In this document: positions 44,725 to 53,774 of the stretch, piece after piece
Numbering within the stretch: the stretch's first letter is position 1
Layout of the letters: each line of letters begins with the position of its first letter
Source of the DNA: an uncultured Ruminococcus sp.
Lineage (GTDB): Bacteria > Bacillota > Clostridia > Oscillospirales > Ruminococcaceae
Length of the DNA: 64,000 bases
Assembly: GCA_900550695.1 (NCBI GenBank)
Contig: URTF01000001.1
Coordinates: 7,896-71,895, forward strand
Direction of reading: 5' to 3'
Notes under the pieces: model-generated
What the model saw: only the letters and a program-made list of their open reading frames with translations
Database searches by the model: none
What the model was told of the DNA's origin: nothing
Translations under genes and position numbers: made by a program

Positions 44725-46113
44725 ATACGGTGTAGCTGCGATCTCACCGTCAGCACCGACAGAAACCATGCTGTGCGCATATTCCGTATCGGCTTTGAAA
44801 ATATTGTCGTTGATAGTTATCCTTGTTCCGGGGTAGATATAACCCTTGCAGCGGACCCAGAGCTGCTGTTTTGTACCCAGATATATATTGATCTCATCGA
44901 TGCGCTTCTGACTGGTCTTGATCTCAACATTGAGAAGAACACGCTGTCTTACTGCCGTTGCAAGCATCTCTTCCTTGTCATCGGGCAGTTTGCGCAGCTC
45001 CTTTTTCTTCTCGTTGAGGAAGTTTACGATCATTGTGAGGTCTTCTATCTTCTTCTGTGCGGCGGCTATCTTCATTTCAAGCTGCGTTTTTTCAGCGGCA
45101 AGGATAGCGTTGTCACCGATAGTGATATCGGTCGGGGTGTAGTTTTTTGAGCCGATATTTGACGCCTCGAGCGAATTGAGAATGGTGTATTTTCCTCCGA
45201 TGATACTTCCGTTGCTGGCTTTCGTGGTGAGCTCGCCCGCACAGTAAACGTCGCAGATAACAAAGTTCTGTGCAGAGATGTTTCCGTCGCAGTTTATGGT
45301 GCTTCGCTCGCAGAAAAGTGCGCTCACGTTCCCGTGGCAGGTTATCTTTGCGAAAACGCAGCCCTGCTTTATCGTGATATCTCCGCCTGCCTCAAGAGTT
45401 GCGCCGTTGACCTGACCCGAAACAGTGATATTCGTTGCGGACGATACCTTGAAGCCTTCGCAGACATTGCCCTTGACGATAACATCGCCGATAAAGCTTA
45501 TATTTCCGACTGATGCGTCAACATCACCTTTTATAACGACCGTCGTATCGACTGAGAATGTATTGTTCCTGTAAACAAGCTGACCGTCAACAGCCGCAAC
45601 GATATGCTGTTCGTCCTCGGTTATTTTTGTATTCATACCGAGAGTAAACTGCGCCTTTTTGCCGGGGTACTGTGCGATCCTTCCTCCCCTGACGTCAATG
45701 CCGGGTTCGCCCTCGGTCGGTAGGGTGATATCGGCAATAACATCGCCCGTCCGAATGACCCTGATAAGCCCGAGATCCTTATAGTCAACGAAGCCCTTTT
45801 CGTTTTCGGTCGGGGCAGCAGCGACTTTTTTATCAAATTTATATGTTATTGAACCGCTCACACCGTCTATCGGCAGCTGTGCAACGGCGACGCAGAGCCT
45901 TTGAGAATATTTCTTTTCGTCTGCGATCATTTTTATAACGTCCTCACGAAGACCGAAAACAACATTGCCCGCCTTCAATGCGGCTTTGATGCCGTCAACG
46001 GTCACGCCCTTTCCCGTTCCCGACGGAGGAGTAATGAAAATGAACGCCTCCTTGTTTCCGGTCGAAACCGAAACGTCGTATGTACAATCAACGTTTGCGA
46101 TGATATCTGCCAT
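44722..46113 (-). CDS. FapA (DUF342) family protein
   Basis: Beta-helix repeats (GNISFIGDVIVKGNV, ITVSGQVNGATLEAGGDITI) and a C-terminal coiled coil, typical of DUF342/FapA. Confidence 0.75.
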   Translation of the reverse strand: MADIIANVDCTYDVSVSTGNKEAFIFITPPSGTGKGVTVDGIKAALKAGNVVFGLREDVIKMIADEKKYSQRLCVAVAQLPIDGVSGSITYKFDKKVAAAPTENEKGFVDYKDLGLIRVIRTGDVIADITLPTEGEPGIDVRGGRIAQYPGKKAQFTLGMNTKITEDEQHIVAAVDGQLVYRNNTFSVDTTVVIKGDVDASVGNISFIGDVIVKGNVCEGFKVSSATNITVSGQVNGATLEAGGDITIKQGCVFAKITCHGNVSALFCERSTINCDGNISAQNFVICDVYCAGELTTKASNGSIIGGKYTILNSLEASNIGSKNYTPTDITIGDNAILAAEKTQLEMKIAAAQKKIEDLTMIVNFLNEKKKELRKLPDDKEEMLATAVRQRVLLNVEIKTSQKRIDEINIYLGTKQQLWVRCKGYIYPGTRITINDNIFKADTEYAHSMVSVGADGEIAATPY

Positions 46114-46133
46114 GTCTTAACTCCTTTCGTCAT

Positions 46134-46997
46134 TTATCCGATCCGGACTGTGAATGTGAACGCATATTTTTCGTTCGGCATAAGCTTCTTAGCATCAGGC
46201 ATTTCGGTAAGCTCGGTCACACCGCTCTCATAAACGGGTACGCTCGACCACGGTTCAAGGCAGACGAACTCTGCCGCATTTGTCTTTTCCCCGTCCTCGA
46301 ACCAGGACGACCAGACTGCGATGCAACCGTTTTTATCATAAGAAAGCGTTACCTTGTGATCGTGAGTCTTGCTTGCAAGAGCCACCCAGGAGGAATTCGG
46401 CTTGTTCTTCATGAAAACATCGTTTTTGAAGAGGTCGTGTCTGAGCGGGACCTTGTTTGCGTTGTCAAGAACTACATCATTTTCATTGCGTGCGATGCTT
46501 TCATTCTTCTCGAATTCAACATAGTAATCGGTGAAGCTTTCATCATCACCGACAGGGCAGCGGAATGCAGGGTGTCCGCCGAGGAAGAAATACATCGGCT
46601 TGTCGTCCTTGTTTTCGGCGGTGTATGTCACTTTGAGAGCATTGCCTTCAAGGGTGTAATTTGCGTAAAGTCCGAATTTGTAGGGGTAAATTCCGAGCGT
46701 TTCATCGCTGTAGCCAAGGTAGAATTCAGCGGAGCTTTCCTTTGCATAAAGAAGCTCGAACTCGCTGTCACGGGCGAAGCCGTGGTTGGAAAGAGCATAT
46801 TCCTTTCCGTCAACGGTGTATTTTTTTGAAGCTGTATTGCAGATAAACGGGAAAAGCACGGGCGCATGACGCTTCCAGACCTTTTCGTCAGCCTGCCAGA
46901 GGTACTCCGTATCGTTGCAGTCCTTTACGGAATGAAGCTCTGCGCCGAATGTGTCTATCGTTACCTTTAATATATCGGAAGAAATAGTTGTAAGCAT
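46134..46997 (-). CDS. Aldose 1-epimerase family protein
   Basis: LSNHGFARDSEFEL and LEPW motifs of mutarotase-like proteins. Confidence 0.8.
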   Translation of the reverse strand: MLTTISSDILKVTIDTFGAELHSVKDCNDTEYLWQADEKVWKRHAPVLFPFICNTASKKYTVDGKEYALSNHGFARDSEFELLYAKESSAEFYLGYSDETLGIYPYKFGLYANYTLEGNALKVTYTAENKDDKPMYFFLGGHPAFRCPVGDDESFTDYYVEFEKNESIARNENDVVLDNANKVPLRHDLFKNDVFMKNKPNSSWVALASKTHDHKVTLSYDKNGCIAVWSSWFEDGEKTNAAEFVCLEPWSSVPVYESGVTELTEMPDAKKLMPNEKYAFTFTVRIG

Positions 46998-47012
46998 AAA
47001 AATTACTCCTTT

Positions 47013-48062
47013 TTATTCAAAATCTGCGTTCTGATGCTTGCCGTATTCGGCGGCATAATCAACGAAGCTTATGTTCATATCGACATAACCGTCAATGCCG
47101 TCCACACTGCCGTCGCTTGCATACTGCCACATCTGAAGCTCGTACGGATAGCTCGGCGGATTATGACCGTCCTTGTATTCAACGTACCAGAAATCATAAG
47201 CACTCAGGGTCTGCATATCGTATTTGGTCAGTGCCATTTTCAGATTGCTGTAAAGCATCGCCGTATAACCTCGGTCGGTTATCTCTTGGCAGAAAGCCGC
47301 CGCACATTTGTTGAGCGTTTCTGTAGTCGTTCCGAGTGTTCTCGCCTCACTGTCATCGGGCAGCTCCCAATCGAAAACAACGGGATATTTTATCTCGCTG
47401 TCCTTTATGAGCTCACAGACATAGACCGCCTCTTCACGGGCCTCGGCTTCGCTTACCGCCTGCGAATAGAAGTACACGCCGACATCAATGCCTGCCGCCT
47501 GCGCACCGCTGATATAGCTTTCGGAAAGCTCATCACGATGCATAATGCCCTTTTCATAGCCTCGGTAGCCAATGCGTATCATCGCAAAATCGATACCGTC
47601 AGCTGCGACCCTTTCCCAGTCGATGTCGCCCTGATGATAGGAAACGTCAATTCCCGTCTTTGAAACAGCCTCGCCGTTTTCATAATATGTATAGCGGTTG
47701 TCCTCGCCGAGTTCAAGGTTTTCCCAGTCAAGAGTATTGAGCGGGACACCATCAAGCGGCTCTGCGGAAAAATCGCCGTAAATATCATCGTGATAAAGCA
47801 TACTGCCATCGGGATCGGGATATTCGTCAACATTCGTATTCATTGCCGCTATGTAGCTTTCGCTGTCTGCAAGCCGCTGCTCAAGCTCATTGATGTTCTT
47901 CCGGAGCTTTGCGACCTTCATGAAAAGCACAGCAATAAGAACAGCAAAGGCGGCAAACAACACAGCAGCAATAAGCCGGACGTTCAGAGGTCTGTTCTTT
48001 CTGACGGCCGTTTCCGCCGGGTTTTCAGGCGGTCGGCTGTCTTGGATATTGCTGTCTATCAT
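47013..48062 (-). CDS. Membrane-anchored GH25 muramidase (lysozyme)
   Basis: N-terminal TM. The GH25 core GIDVSYHQGDIDWERVAADGIDFAMIRIGYRG is present. Confidence 0.8.
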   Translation of the reverse strand: MIDSNIQDSRPPENPAETAVRKNRPLNVRLIAAVLFAAFAVLIAVLFMKVAKLRKNINELEQRLADSESYIAAMNTNVDEYPDPDGSMLYHDDIYGDFSAEPLDGVPLNTLDWENLELGEDNRYTYYENGEAVSKTGIDVSYHQGDIDWERVAADGIDFAMIRIGYRGYEKGIMHRDELSESYISGAQAAGIDVGVYFYSQAVSEAEAREEAVYVCELIKDSEIKYPVVFDWELPDDSEARTLGTTTETLNKCAAAFCQEITDRGYTAMLYSNLKMALTKYDMQTLSAYDFWYVEYKDGHNPPSYPYELQMWQYASDGSVDGIDGYVDMNISFVDYAAEYGKHQNADFE

Positions 48063-48199
48063 TTTTTACTTCCTTTTATAAAAAATCATAATTATCTAAT
48101 ATATAAGTATAACACTTTTTATGCTATGTTGCAACAACTAATAACAAATTTTATATAAAATTGACTAATTTTCGCCTTTTTTGATGTTATAATGACAAT

Positions 48200-48316
48200 T
48201 TTTTAATGCGTAATGCGTAATGCGTAATGCGTAATTAATGCAATGCAGAGCATTGCATACAAATTAAGAATTGTAAAAAAATGCGTTCACAATTTTTTTC
48301 GTGAACGCATTTTTTA
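48200..48316 (+). ncRNA. Candidate ~115-nt sRNA made of four TAATGCG units, a 9-bp hairpin and an intrinsic terminator
   Basis: Extended -10 promoter TGtTATAAT at 48185-48193. Array at 48204-48235, hairpin at 48238-48258, and terminator stem atgcgttcac/gtgaacgcat (48281-48310) plus T-run. No ORF. Confidence 0.35.
48204..48235 (+). repeat. (TAATGCG)x4 + TAAT heptamer array
   Basis: Perfect 4-unit tandem repeat. It is the only array in the window not preceded by a same-strand gene. Confidence 0.8.
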
Positions 48317-48338
48317 ATATTCTAACGAAACAGCGAAG

Positions 48339-48376
48339 CTAATTACGCATTACGCATTACGAATTACGCATTATCA
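48339..48376 (-). repeat. Heptamer array TGATAATGCGTAATTCGTAATGCGTAATGCGTAATTAG starting at the pncB stop
   Basis: Read directly on the minus strand. It forms an inverted repeat with 48204-48235. Confidence 0.75.
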
Positions 48377-49825
48377 AAGCGCCATCGCCTTTTCAAGCAG
48401 TTCATTCTTCTTTTTCCAAAGCTTCGGAGAAAGGTCAACGTAGTATTTGTGCGGATATTCAAAACGCTTAAGCTCGTCCCAGAGCATATCGATCTGTTCT
48501 GCGCAGAACTGCTTTATCTGCTCGGCTGACGGTGAAGTATATACGCACTTTCCGTTGTCGAATATGCGCTTCATAAGCTTTTCCGCACGGAAATTCGTCA
48601 CCATTTTGCGCTTGTAGGTGTGTTCGGGGTCGAAAATTTCGTATGGTCTGCTCTCGTCTATGGTTTCATCTGCGCAGGTGAGAACGTCTGCGATAGCTTT
48701 TCCGCTTGAACAGTCATACAAACGCCATACCGTCTTGAAGTCGGGGTTCGTTATCTTTGCAACGTTCTCCGAAACCTTTATCTTCGGGATTATCTCGCCG
48801 TCTTTCTCCACTGCGGCAAGCTTGTAAACGCCGCCGAAAACAGGCTCGGAACGCGATGTGATAAGTCTTTCGCCCACGCCGAAGCTGTCGAGCTTTGCAC
48901 CTTGCAGCAGGAGGTCACGGATAATATATTCATCGAGCGAATTTGAAGCAACTATCTTAACATTCGGGAAGCCCTCATCATCGAGCATCTGACGTGCGCG
49001 CTTTGAAAGGTATGTTATGTCGCCGCTGTCGATACGGATTCCCGCAGGCTCTTCACCCCTTGCGCGCATCTCCTTGAACACGGTTATAGCGTTCGGAACG
49101 CCCGATTTGAGGACGTTATAGGTGTCAACGAGCAGAGTTGTTCCCTTTGGATAGCACTTCGCATAAGCACGGAAAGCTTCAAGCTCGCTGTCAAACATCT
49201 GTATCCACGAGTGAGCCATTGTGCCGAGAGCAGGCGTTCCCATAAGCTTGTCGGAGATCGTGCAGGCTGTTCCGCAGCAGCCGCCTATGTAAGCGGCTCT
49301 TGCACCATAAACAGCGCCGTCAAAACCCTGCGCTCTTCGTGAGCCGAACTCCATAACGGGTCTGCCGTCTGCGGCACGGACGATACGGTTCGCCTTTGTT
49401 GCGATTAGGCTCTGGTGGTTGATGCAGATAAGGAGCATCGTTTCAACGAACTGCGCCTGAATTGCAGGGCCTCTCACCGTTACAACGGGCTCATACGGGA
49501 AGATTGGCGTTCCCTCGGGAATTGCCCAGACGTCGCAGCTGAATCTGAAATGGCGGAGATATTCAAGGAAATCCTCGGAGAAGATACCCTTTCCCCGAAG
49601 ATAATCGATATCGCTCTCGGAAAAGCTCAGATCGCTCAGGTAGTCGATAGCCTGCTCAAGACCTGCCATTATCGCAAAGCCGCCGTTATCGGGGATATTG
49701 CGGAAGAAAAGGTCAAAGTAAGATATAGTTTCGCCCATACCGTTTTCAAAGTAGCCGTTAGCCATTGTAAGCTCATAAAAATCGGTGAGCATTGTTAAAT
49801 TTCTGTCGTAATTTTCCATATCCAT
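48374..49825 (-). CDS. pncB: Nicotinate phosphoribosyltransferase
   Basis: 483 aa. LTDFYELTMANGYF start and the conserved GTMAHSWIQ motif. Confidence 0.92.
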   Translation of the reverse strand: MDMENYDRNLTMLTDFYELTMANGYFENGMGETISYFDLFFRNIPDNGGFAIMAGLEQAIDYLSDLSFSESDIDYLRGKGIFSEDFLEYLRHFRFSCDVWAIPEGTPIFPYEPVVTVRGPAIQAQFVETMLLICINHQSLIATKANRIVRAADGRPVMEFGSRRAQGFDGAVYGARAAYIGGCCGTACTISDKLMGTPALGTMAHSWIQMFDSELEAFRAYAKCYPKGTTLLVDTYNVLKSGVPNAITVFKEMRARGEEPAGIRIDSGDITYLSKRARQMLDDEGFPNVKIVASNSLDEYIIRDLLLQGAKLDSFGVGERLITSRSEPVFGGVYKLAAVEKDGEIIPKIKVSENVAKITNPDFKTVWRLYDCSSGKAIADVLTCADETIDESRPYEIFDPEHTYKRKMVTNFRAEKLMKRIFDNGKCVYTSPSAEQIKQFCAEQIDMLWDELKRFEYPHKYYVDLSPKLWKKKNELLEKAMAL

Positions 49826-49832
49826 ACTTCCT

Positions 49833-50501
49833 TTATTCTATTGCCGAAACGAAGCGAACGCCGCAGTCCATCATCAGCTTATAAGCCGCAAGATCGGCAA
49901 ATGCCGCATTATGATAAGGCGCATCGTAGGTTTCGACCGCATTTATCGGAACAATGATGTTCAGCGGCTTGTTTTCCTTGTTGAAAAGCGTTTTTAGCGA
50001 AAGGCAGAACTGGAGAACGCATATATCCGTGCAGTCGCCGCAGACGATGAATGTGTCAGCCTGCCTGTGTTCGTCAAGGAAAGCCCTGAAAGCTTCTTCG
50101 TGACAGCCGTTGGTCGAATTCTTTTCGATGAGTGTGTAGCCGCCGATGCTTTTCAACTCGTCCACTATCTCGGATTCGCTCGTGCCTTTTACGCAGTGTT
50201 CGGGGAAAGAAGTGAACTCCGCACAGCCTTTTTCATGGCAGTCGGCAAAAGCAAAAGCGGCAATGCCTGCGTTTTTACATTCGGAAAGAAGCTTTGCCGA
50301 CGGTCCGATGATACTTTCAACGCTGTCGGAATGCATTGCGCCCTCACGGATAAAGCCGTTGATAATGTCAACAAGTGCAAGAACGGTCTTGTCCTTATCG
50401 AAATCGGAAAGCTTTGCGGCAGTGAGCGAATTTATCCCGTCCGCAAGCTCATTCACATAAGCAGCGGCGGAAGAAACTGCGTTTTTATCAAATTTTTTCA
50501 T
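49833..50501 (-). CDS. Isochorismatase-family cysteine hydrolase (nicotinamidase-like)
   Basis: LALVDIINGF and CGDCTDICV catalytic-Cys region. ATG at 50501 has SD GGAG. Adjacent to pncB. Confidence 0.75.
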   Translation of the reverse strand: MKKFDKNAVSSAAAYVNELADGINSLTAAKLSDFDKDKTVLALVDIINGFIREGAMHSDSVESIIGPSAKLLSECKNAGIAAFAFADCHEKGCAEFTSFPEHCVKGTSESEIVDELKSIGGYTLIEKNSTNGCHEEAFRAFLDEHRQADTFIVCGDCTDICVLQFCLSLKTLFNKENKPLNIIVPINAVETYDAPYHNAAFADLAAYKLMMDCGVRFVSAIE

Positions 50502-50559
50502 AAAAACAACTCCTATAACGAAGCCGCACAGCTTTAAAATTGTGCGGCAAAAGATCCAC

Positions 50560-51030
50560 TTACTTCTTGATAGTTCCGTTGGAGGGAACGTTTCGTACAG
50601 CCTGCTTGGTCTTGCGGACATCGGTGAGAGCCGCCTGAAGTGCGCTCTCCGACTGGGTAAGGATATCATCGATATACTTGTTTGCGGCGTTCTTTACGTC
50701 CTTTGCACGAGCCTGAGCCTGATTGAGTATCTCGACCGCCTGTGCCTTTGCAGCCTTGGTTATCTCATCGTTGGAAACGATGATCTTTGCCCGCTCCTCT
50801 GCCTTGCGGATTATCTGTTCAGCCTCTTTGTTCGCAGTGTTCACTATGTCTTTTCGGTCACTGACAATGTTCCTTGCATCGTGCAGCTCATTTGGGAGGT
50901 TAAGACGAAGATCGTTTATGCAGCCTCTCATTTTTTCAACGTCGATAGTGCCTTTTTTGCTGTTGAACGGGATAGTTCCCGCATCGTCGAGCATATCGTC
51001 CATCATATCAAGAATTTCGTCAATAATCAT
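50560..51030 (-). CDS. Coiled-coil protein of unknown function (ATP synthase b/H-like helical repeat)
   Basis: The A/K/E-rich helix AEQIIRKAEERAKIIV...AQARAKDV. No catalytic motif. Confidence 0.55.
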   Translation of the reverse strand: MIIDEILDMMDDMLDDAGTIPFNSKKGTIDVEKMRGCINDLRLNLPNELHDARNIVSDRKDIVNTANKEAEQIIRKAEERAKIIVSNDEITKAAKAQAVEILNQAQARAKDVKNAANKYIDDILTQSESALQAALTDVRKTKQAVRNVPSNGTIKK

Positions 51031-51081
51031 TTTCTTTTTCCTTTCCGAATGATCTCAAATGTGGTCTGACCGCAGATGATA

Positions 51082-51594
51082 TCACTCATGCTGTAATTTT
51101 TTCGGAACGAGCCTTTCGGTTATGTCTTTTAAGATACATTCGGGGACGAAGTGGCTTATATCACCGCCGAATGATGCTATCTGCTTTACAACGCTTGAAG
51201 AAAGATACATATTCTCCGAGCTTGTTGTGAGAAAGACGGTTTCCGCCTCATCGTAAAGCATCTTGTTTGCAAGCGCCATCTGAAATTCATATTCAAAGTC
51301 GGAAACGGCACGCAGACCCTTTATAATTGCTATCGCACCGACCTGCTTTATGTAATCCACAAGCAGTCCGTCCCAGATATCGATAACGACATTTTCAAGG
51401 TCAAGTCCGTCAACGACCTTTGTTATAAGCTTTACTCGCTCAACGGAAGAGAACGAGGGACTTTTTACGGCATTGACCGAAACGAGAACTATCACCTTGT
51501 CGAAAAGGCGTGACGCTCTGCGGATAATATCTGTATGACCGTTCGTTACGGGGTCAAAGCTTCCCGGATAAACGGCAATTCTTGGTTTACTCAT
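51082..51594 (-). CDS. coaD: Phosphopantetheine adenylyltransferase
   Basis: AVYPGSFDPVTNGHTDII, with the typical length. Confidence 0.92.
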   Translation of the reverse strand: MSKPRIAVYPGSFDPVTNGHTDIIRRASRLFDKVIVLVSVNAVKSPSFSSVERVKLITKVVDGLDLENVVIDIWDGLLVDYIKQVGAIAIIKGLRAVSDFEYEFQMALANKMLYDEAETVFLTTSSENMYLSSSVVKQIASFGGDISHFVPECILKDITERLVPKKLQHE

Positions 51595-51618
51595 AAATTT
51601 TCATCTCCATAGAGATAA

Positions 51619-51752
51619 TACTAATTTTTAATCAAAGTGTAGACAAAAAATCGGCGCAAAATCCATTTAAACCTGTTTTCAACATCAAGCTGTTTTCAAC
51701 AGCTACGAGATTTTGCTTGATTTTTTGTACACTTTCAGTTTATAAATTAGTA
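51619..51752. mobile_element. MITE-like element, divergent subfamily copy E (134 bp), inserted between rsmD and coaD
   Basis: Shares the termini TACTAA/TTAGTA and the core aaacctgttttcaacagctacgagatt with copies B-D. The arm sequences differ but remain self-complementary. Confidence 0.65.
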
Positions 51753-51757
51753 TAGGA

Positions 51758-52312
51758 TTATTCGGCATCATCGCCGAAAGGCGTTACAAAAACCGTTACT
51801 TCGATCTTTCCGTATTTGTAGGTGCGCTTTTTGATAAGTGCGCCGTAGCTTTCGGGAAGAACAAGACCCGTTTCGTGTTCGCAGACGATTATGCCCCTGT
51901 CGGACATCTTCTCCGCAAGCAGAGGAAGTACCTTTTCAAGTATGCCCTTATTATACGGCGGATCGAGGAACGCAAGGTCAAATTTCCTGCGGCAGGTGCG
52001 AAGATAACCTATGCTCTCCGTGTTGAGGATATCGGCGGAGTCTGCAAATCCGCAGTTCCTGACGTTCTCGGTCGTGACTTTTATCGAATTGCGGGATTCG
52101 TCAACGAATGTACAGCGCTTTGCACCTCTTGAAAGCGCCTCAATGCCGAGCTGACCCGAGCCTGCAAAGAGGTCAAGTATCTCCGAGCCGTTTATATCAA
52201 ACTGAACGATAGAAAAAATAGCTTCTTTGACCTTATCGGTGGTCGGGCGGACATCGCTGCCATCAAGGGTCATGAGCTTTCTTCCACGTGCTGAACCTGT
52301 AATTACTCTCAT
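51758..52312 (-). CDS. rsmD: 16S rRNA (guanine966-N2)-methyltransferase RsmD
   Basis: MRVITGSARGRKL, DLFAGSGQLGIEALSRGA and DPPY motifs. Confidence 0.9.
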   Translation of the reverse strand: MRVITGSARGRKLMTLDGSDVRPTTDKVKEAIFSIVQFDINGSEILDLFAGSGQLGIEALSRGAKRCTFVDESRNSIKVTTENVRNCGFADSADILNTESIGYLRTCRRKFDLAFLDPPYNKGILEKVLPLLAEKMSDRGIIVCEHETGLVLPESYGALIKKRTYKYGKIEVTVFVTPFGDDAE

Positions 52313-52443
52313 AAAACTTTCCTTTTCGATGTTTGTTTATGTTTATTCTTTTATATTATAACTCAAAACGCTCCGAATGTCTATACAAAATTTCATTTTT
52401 TTGCCGAGAAAACACCGCTTGCCAAAAAAATTTACAAAACCTC

Positions 52444-52503
52444 TTGACAAAGCATATAAACAGTGCTATAGTGTGTATATAGTGATATATACAGTATATA
52501 CAC
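52444..52503 (+). promoter_or_regulatory. Sigma-A promoter (TTGACA-17-TATAGT) overlapped by inverted repeat GTGTATATA-N13-TATATACAC (likely GntR/YtrA operator)
   Basis: Hexamers at 52444-52449 and 52467-52472. Inverted-repeat arms at 52473-52481 and 52495-52503. Confidence 0.55.
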
Positions 52504-52517
52504 ATCCTGGAGGTGAT

Positions 52518-52895
52518 ATTATCAAAATAACGCTGAACAACACGAGCGACAAACCGATGTATGAGCAGATAAAAGAAGCCGTGCGCAGTGCCATTCTGAG
52601 CGGAGAGCTTTCGGAAAACACACTTCTCCCGAGCGTCCGTCAGCTTGCGGCTGACCTTAATGTGAGCGCAATAACGACAAAGCGAGCCTACTCCGACCTC
52701 GAACACGAGGGGCTTATCTACACCTCATCGGGAAAGGGTACATTTGTAAAGTCGCCCGACAAAAATATGATAATGGAGCAGTACCGTCAGCGGCGGCTTG
52801 CGGAATTCTCACGGAACGCCGAAGCACTTCTCAGCGAGGGCTTCACCGAGGAAGAACTTATTAATGCTATAAAAACGATCAGTGAAAGGAAATGA
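52518..52895 (+). CDS. GntR-family (YtrA subfamily) transcriptional regulator; probable non-ATG (ATT/ATC) start after GGAGG
   Basis: PMYEQIKEAVRSAILSGEL....LPSVRQLAADLNVSAITTKRAYSDLEHEGLI is the wHTH of GntR/YtrA. The short C-terminus is typical of YtrA. Confidence 0.8.
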   Translation: MIKITLNNTSDKPMYEQIKEAVRSAILSGELSENTLLPSVRQLAADLNVSAITTKRAYSDLEHEGLIYTSSGKGTFVKSPDKNMIMEQYRQRRLAEFSRNAEALLSEGFTEEELINAIKTISERK

Positions 52896-53764
52896 CTTCT
52901 ATGGACAGCTTAAACATACTCGAAATACGCGATCTGAAGAAAAGCTTTGCGGACGATTTTGTTATCGATATCCCCGAGCTTGATATCCCGTCGGGCGCAA
53001 TAGTCGGAATGATCGGCGAAAACGGCGCAGGCAAGACCTCCGTTCTCCGCATTATAATGAATATCTACGGCAGAGAAAGCGGAAGCATAAAAGGCTTCGG
53101 CGGCATTGACAATGTTTCGGACGAGGCAAAATTCAAGAACCTTGTCGGCTTCGTCCCCGATGAGGACTATCTGAACATCGCCTTAACTCCCGAAAAAACG
53201 GCAAAGGCATTTGCGGCAGTGTTCGGCAAATGGGACAGCGGCGTTTTCTCAAAGTATGTGAAAATGTGGCAGATCGACACGAAAAAGAAATGCGGCACAC
53301 TTTCCAAAGGCACGAAAACAAAGGTGATGCTTGCCCTCGCACTTGCGCACGACCCGAAGCTTCTTATCCTTGACGAACCGACGGCAGGACTTGACCCTGC
53401 GGCAAGGCTGGAGATACTCGATATCCTCCGTGAATTCGTTTCGGACGGCGAGCGCTCGGTCATATTCTCGACGCACATCACGGGCGACCTTGACAAGACT
53501 GCTGACTACATCGCAATGATGATAGACGGAAAGCTGAACGAGATGCTCTCCGCTGATGAAGCGCAGGAAAAATACGCCGTAGTTTCGGGCGAAAGACCTG
53601 CTCCGACGAGATATCTTATCGGGGAAAAGGAAACCTCACTCGGCTATGAAGCACTCGTCCTCCGAAAGGATATCCCCTCGCTCGGCAATGTCAGCGTCCG
53701 CACACCGAATTATGAGGATATTCTCGTGCATACGATACTCCAAAACCGTGAGAACCGAAAGTAA
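52892..53764 (+). CDS. ABC transporter ATP-binding protein
   Basis: Walker A GENGAGKTS, signature LSKGTKTK and Walker B LLILDEP. 4-nt overlap with the regulator gene. Confidence 0.9.
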   Translation: MTSMDSLNILEIRDLKKSFADDFVIDIPELDIPSGAIVGMIGENGAGKTSVLRIIMNIYGRESGSIKGFGGIDNVSDEAKFKNLVGFVPDEDYLNIALTPEKTAKAFAAVFGKWDSGVFSKYVKMWQIDTKKKCGTLSKGTKTKVMLALALAHDPKLLILDEPTAGLDPAARLEILDILREFVSDGERSVIFSTHITGDLDKTADYIAMMIDGKLNEMLSADEAQEKYAVVSGERPAPTRYLIGEKETSLGYEALVLRKDIPSLGNVSVRTPNYEDILVHTILQNRENRK

Positions 53765-53774
53765 GGTGACATTT

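Noticed and set aside
48204-48373. Heptamer arrays considered as a CRISPR array
   Set aside because: The repeat unit is 7 nt with no spacers, the arrays are 12-38 nt long, and no cas genes are present. This is not CRISPR.
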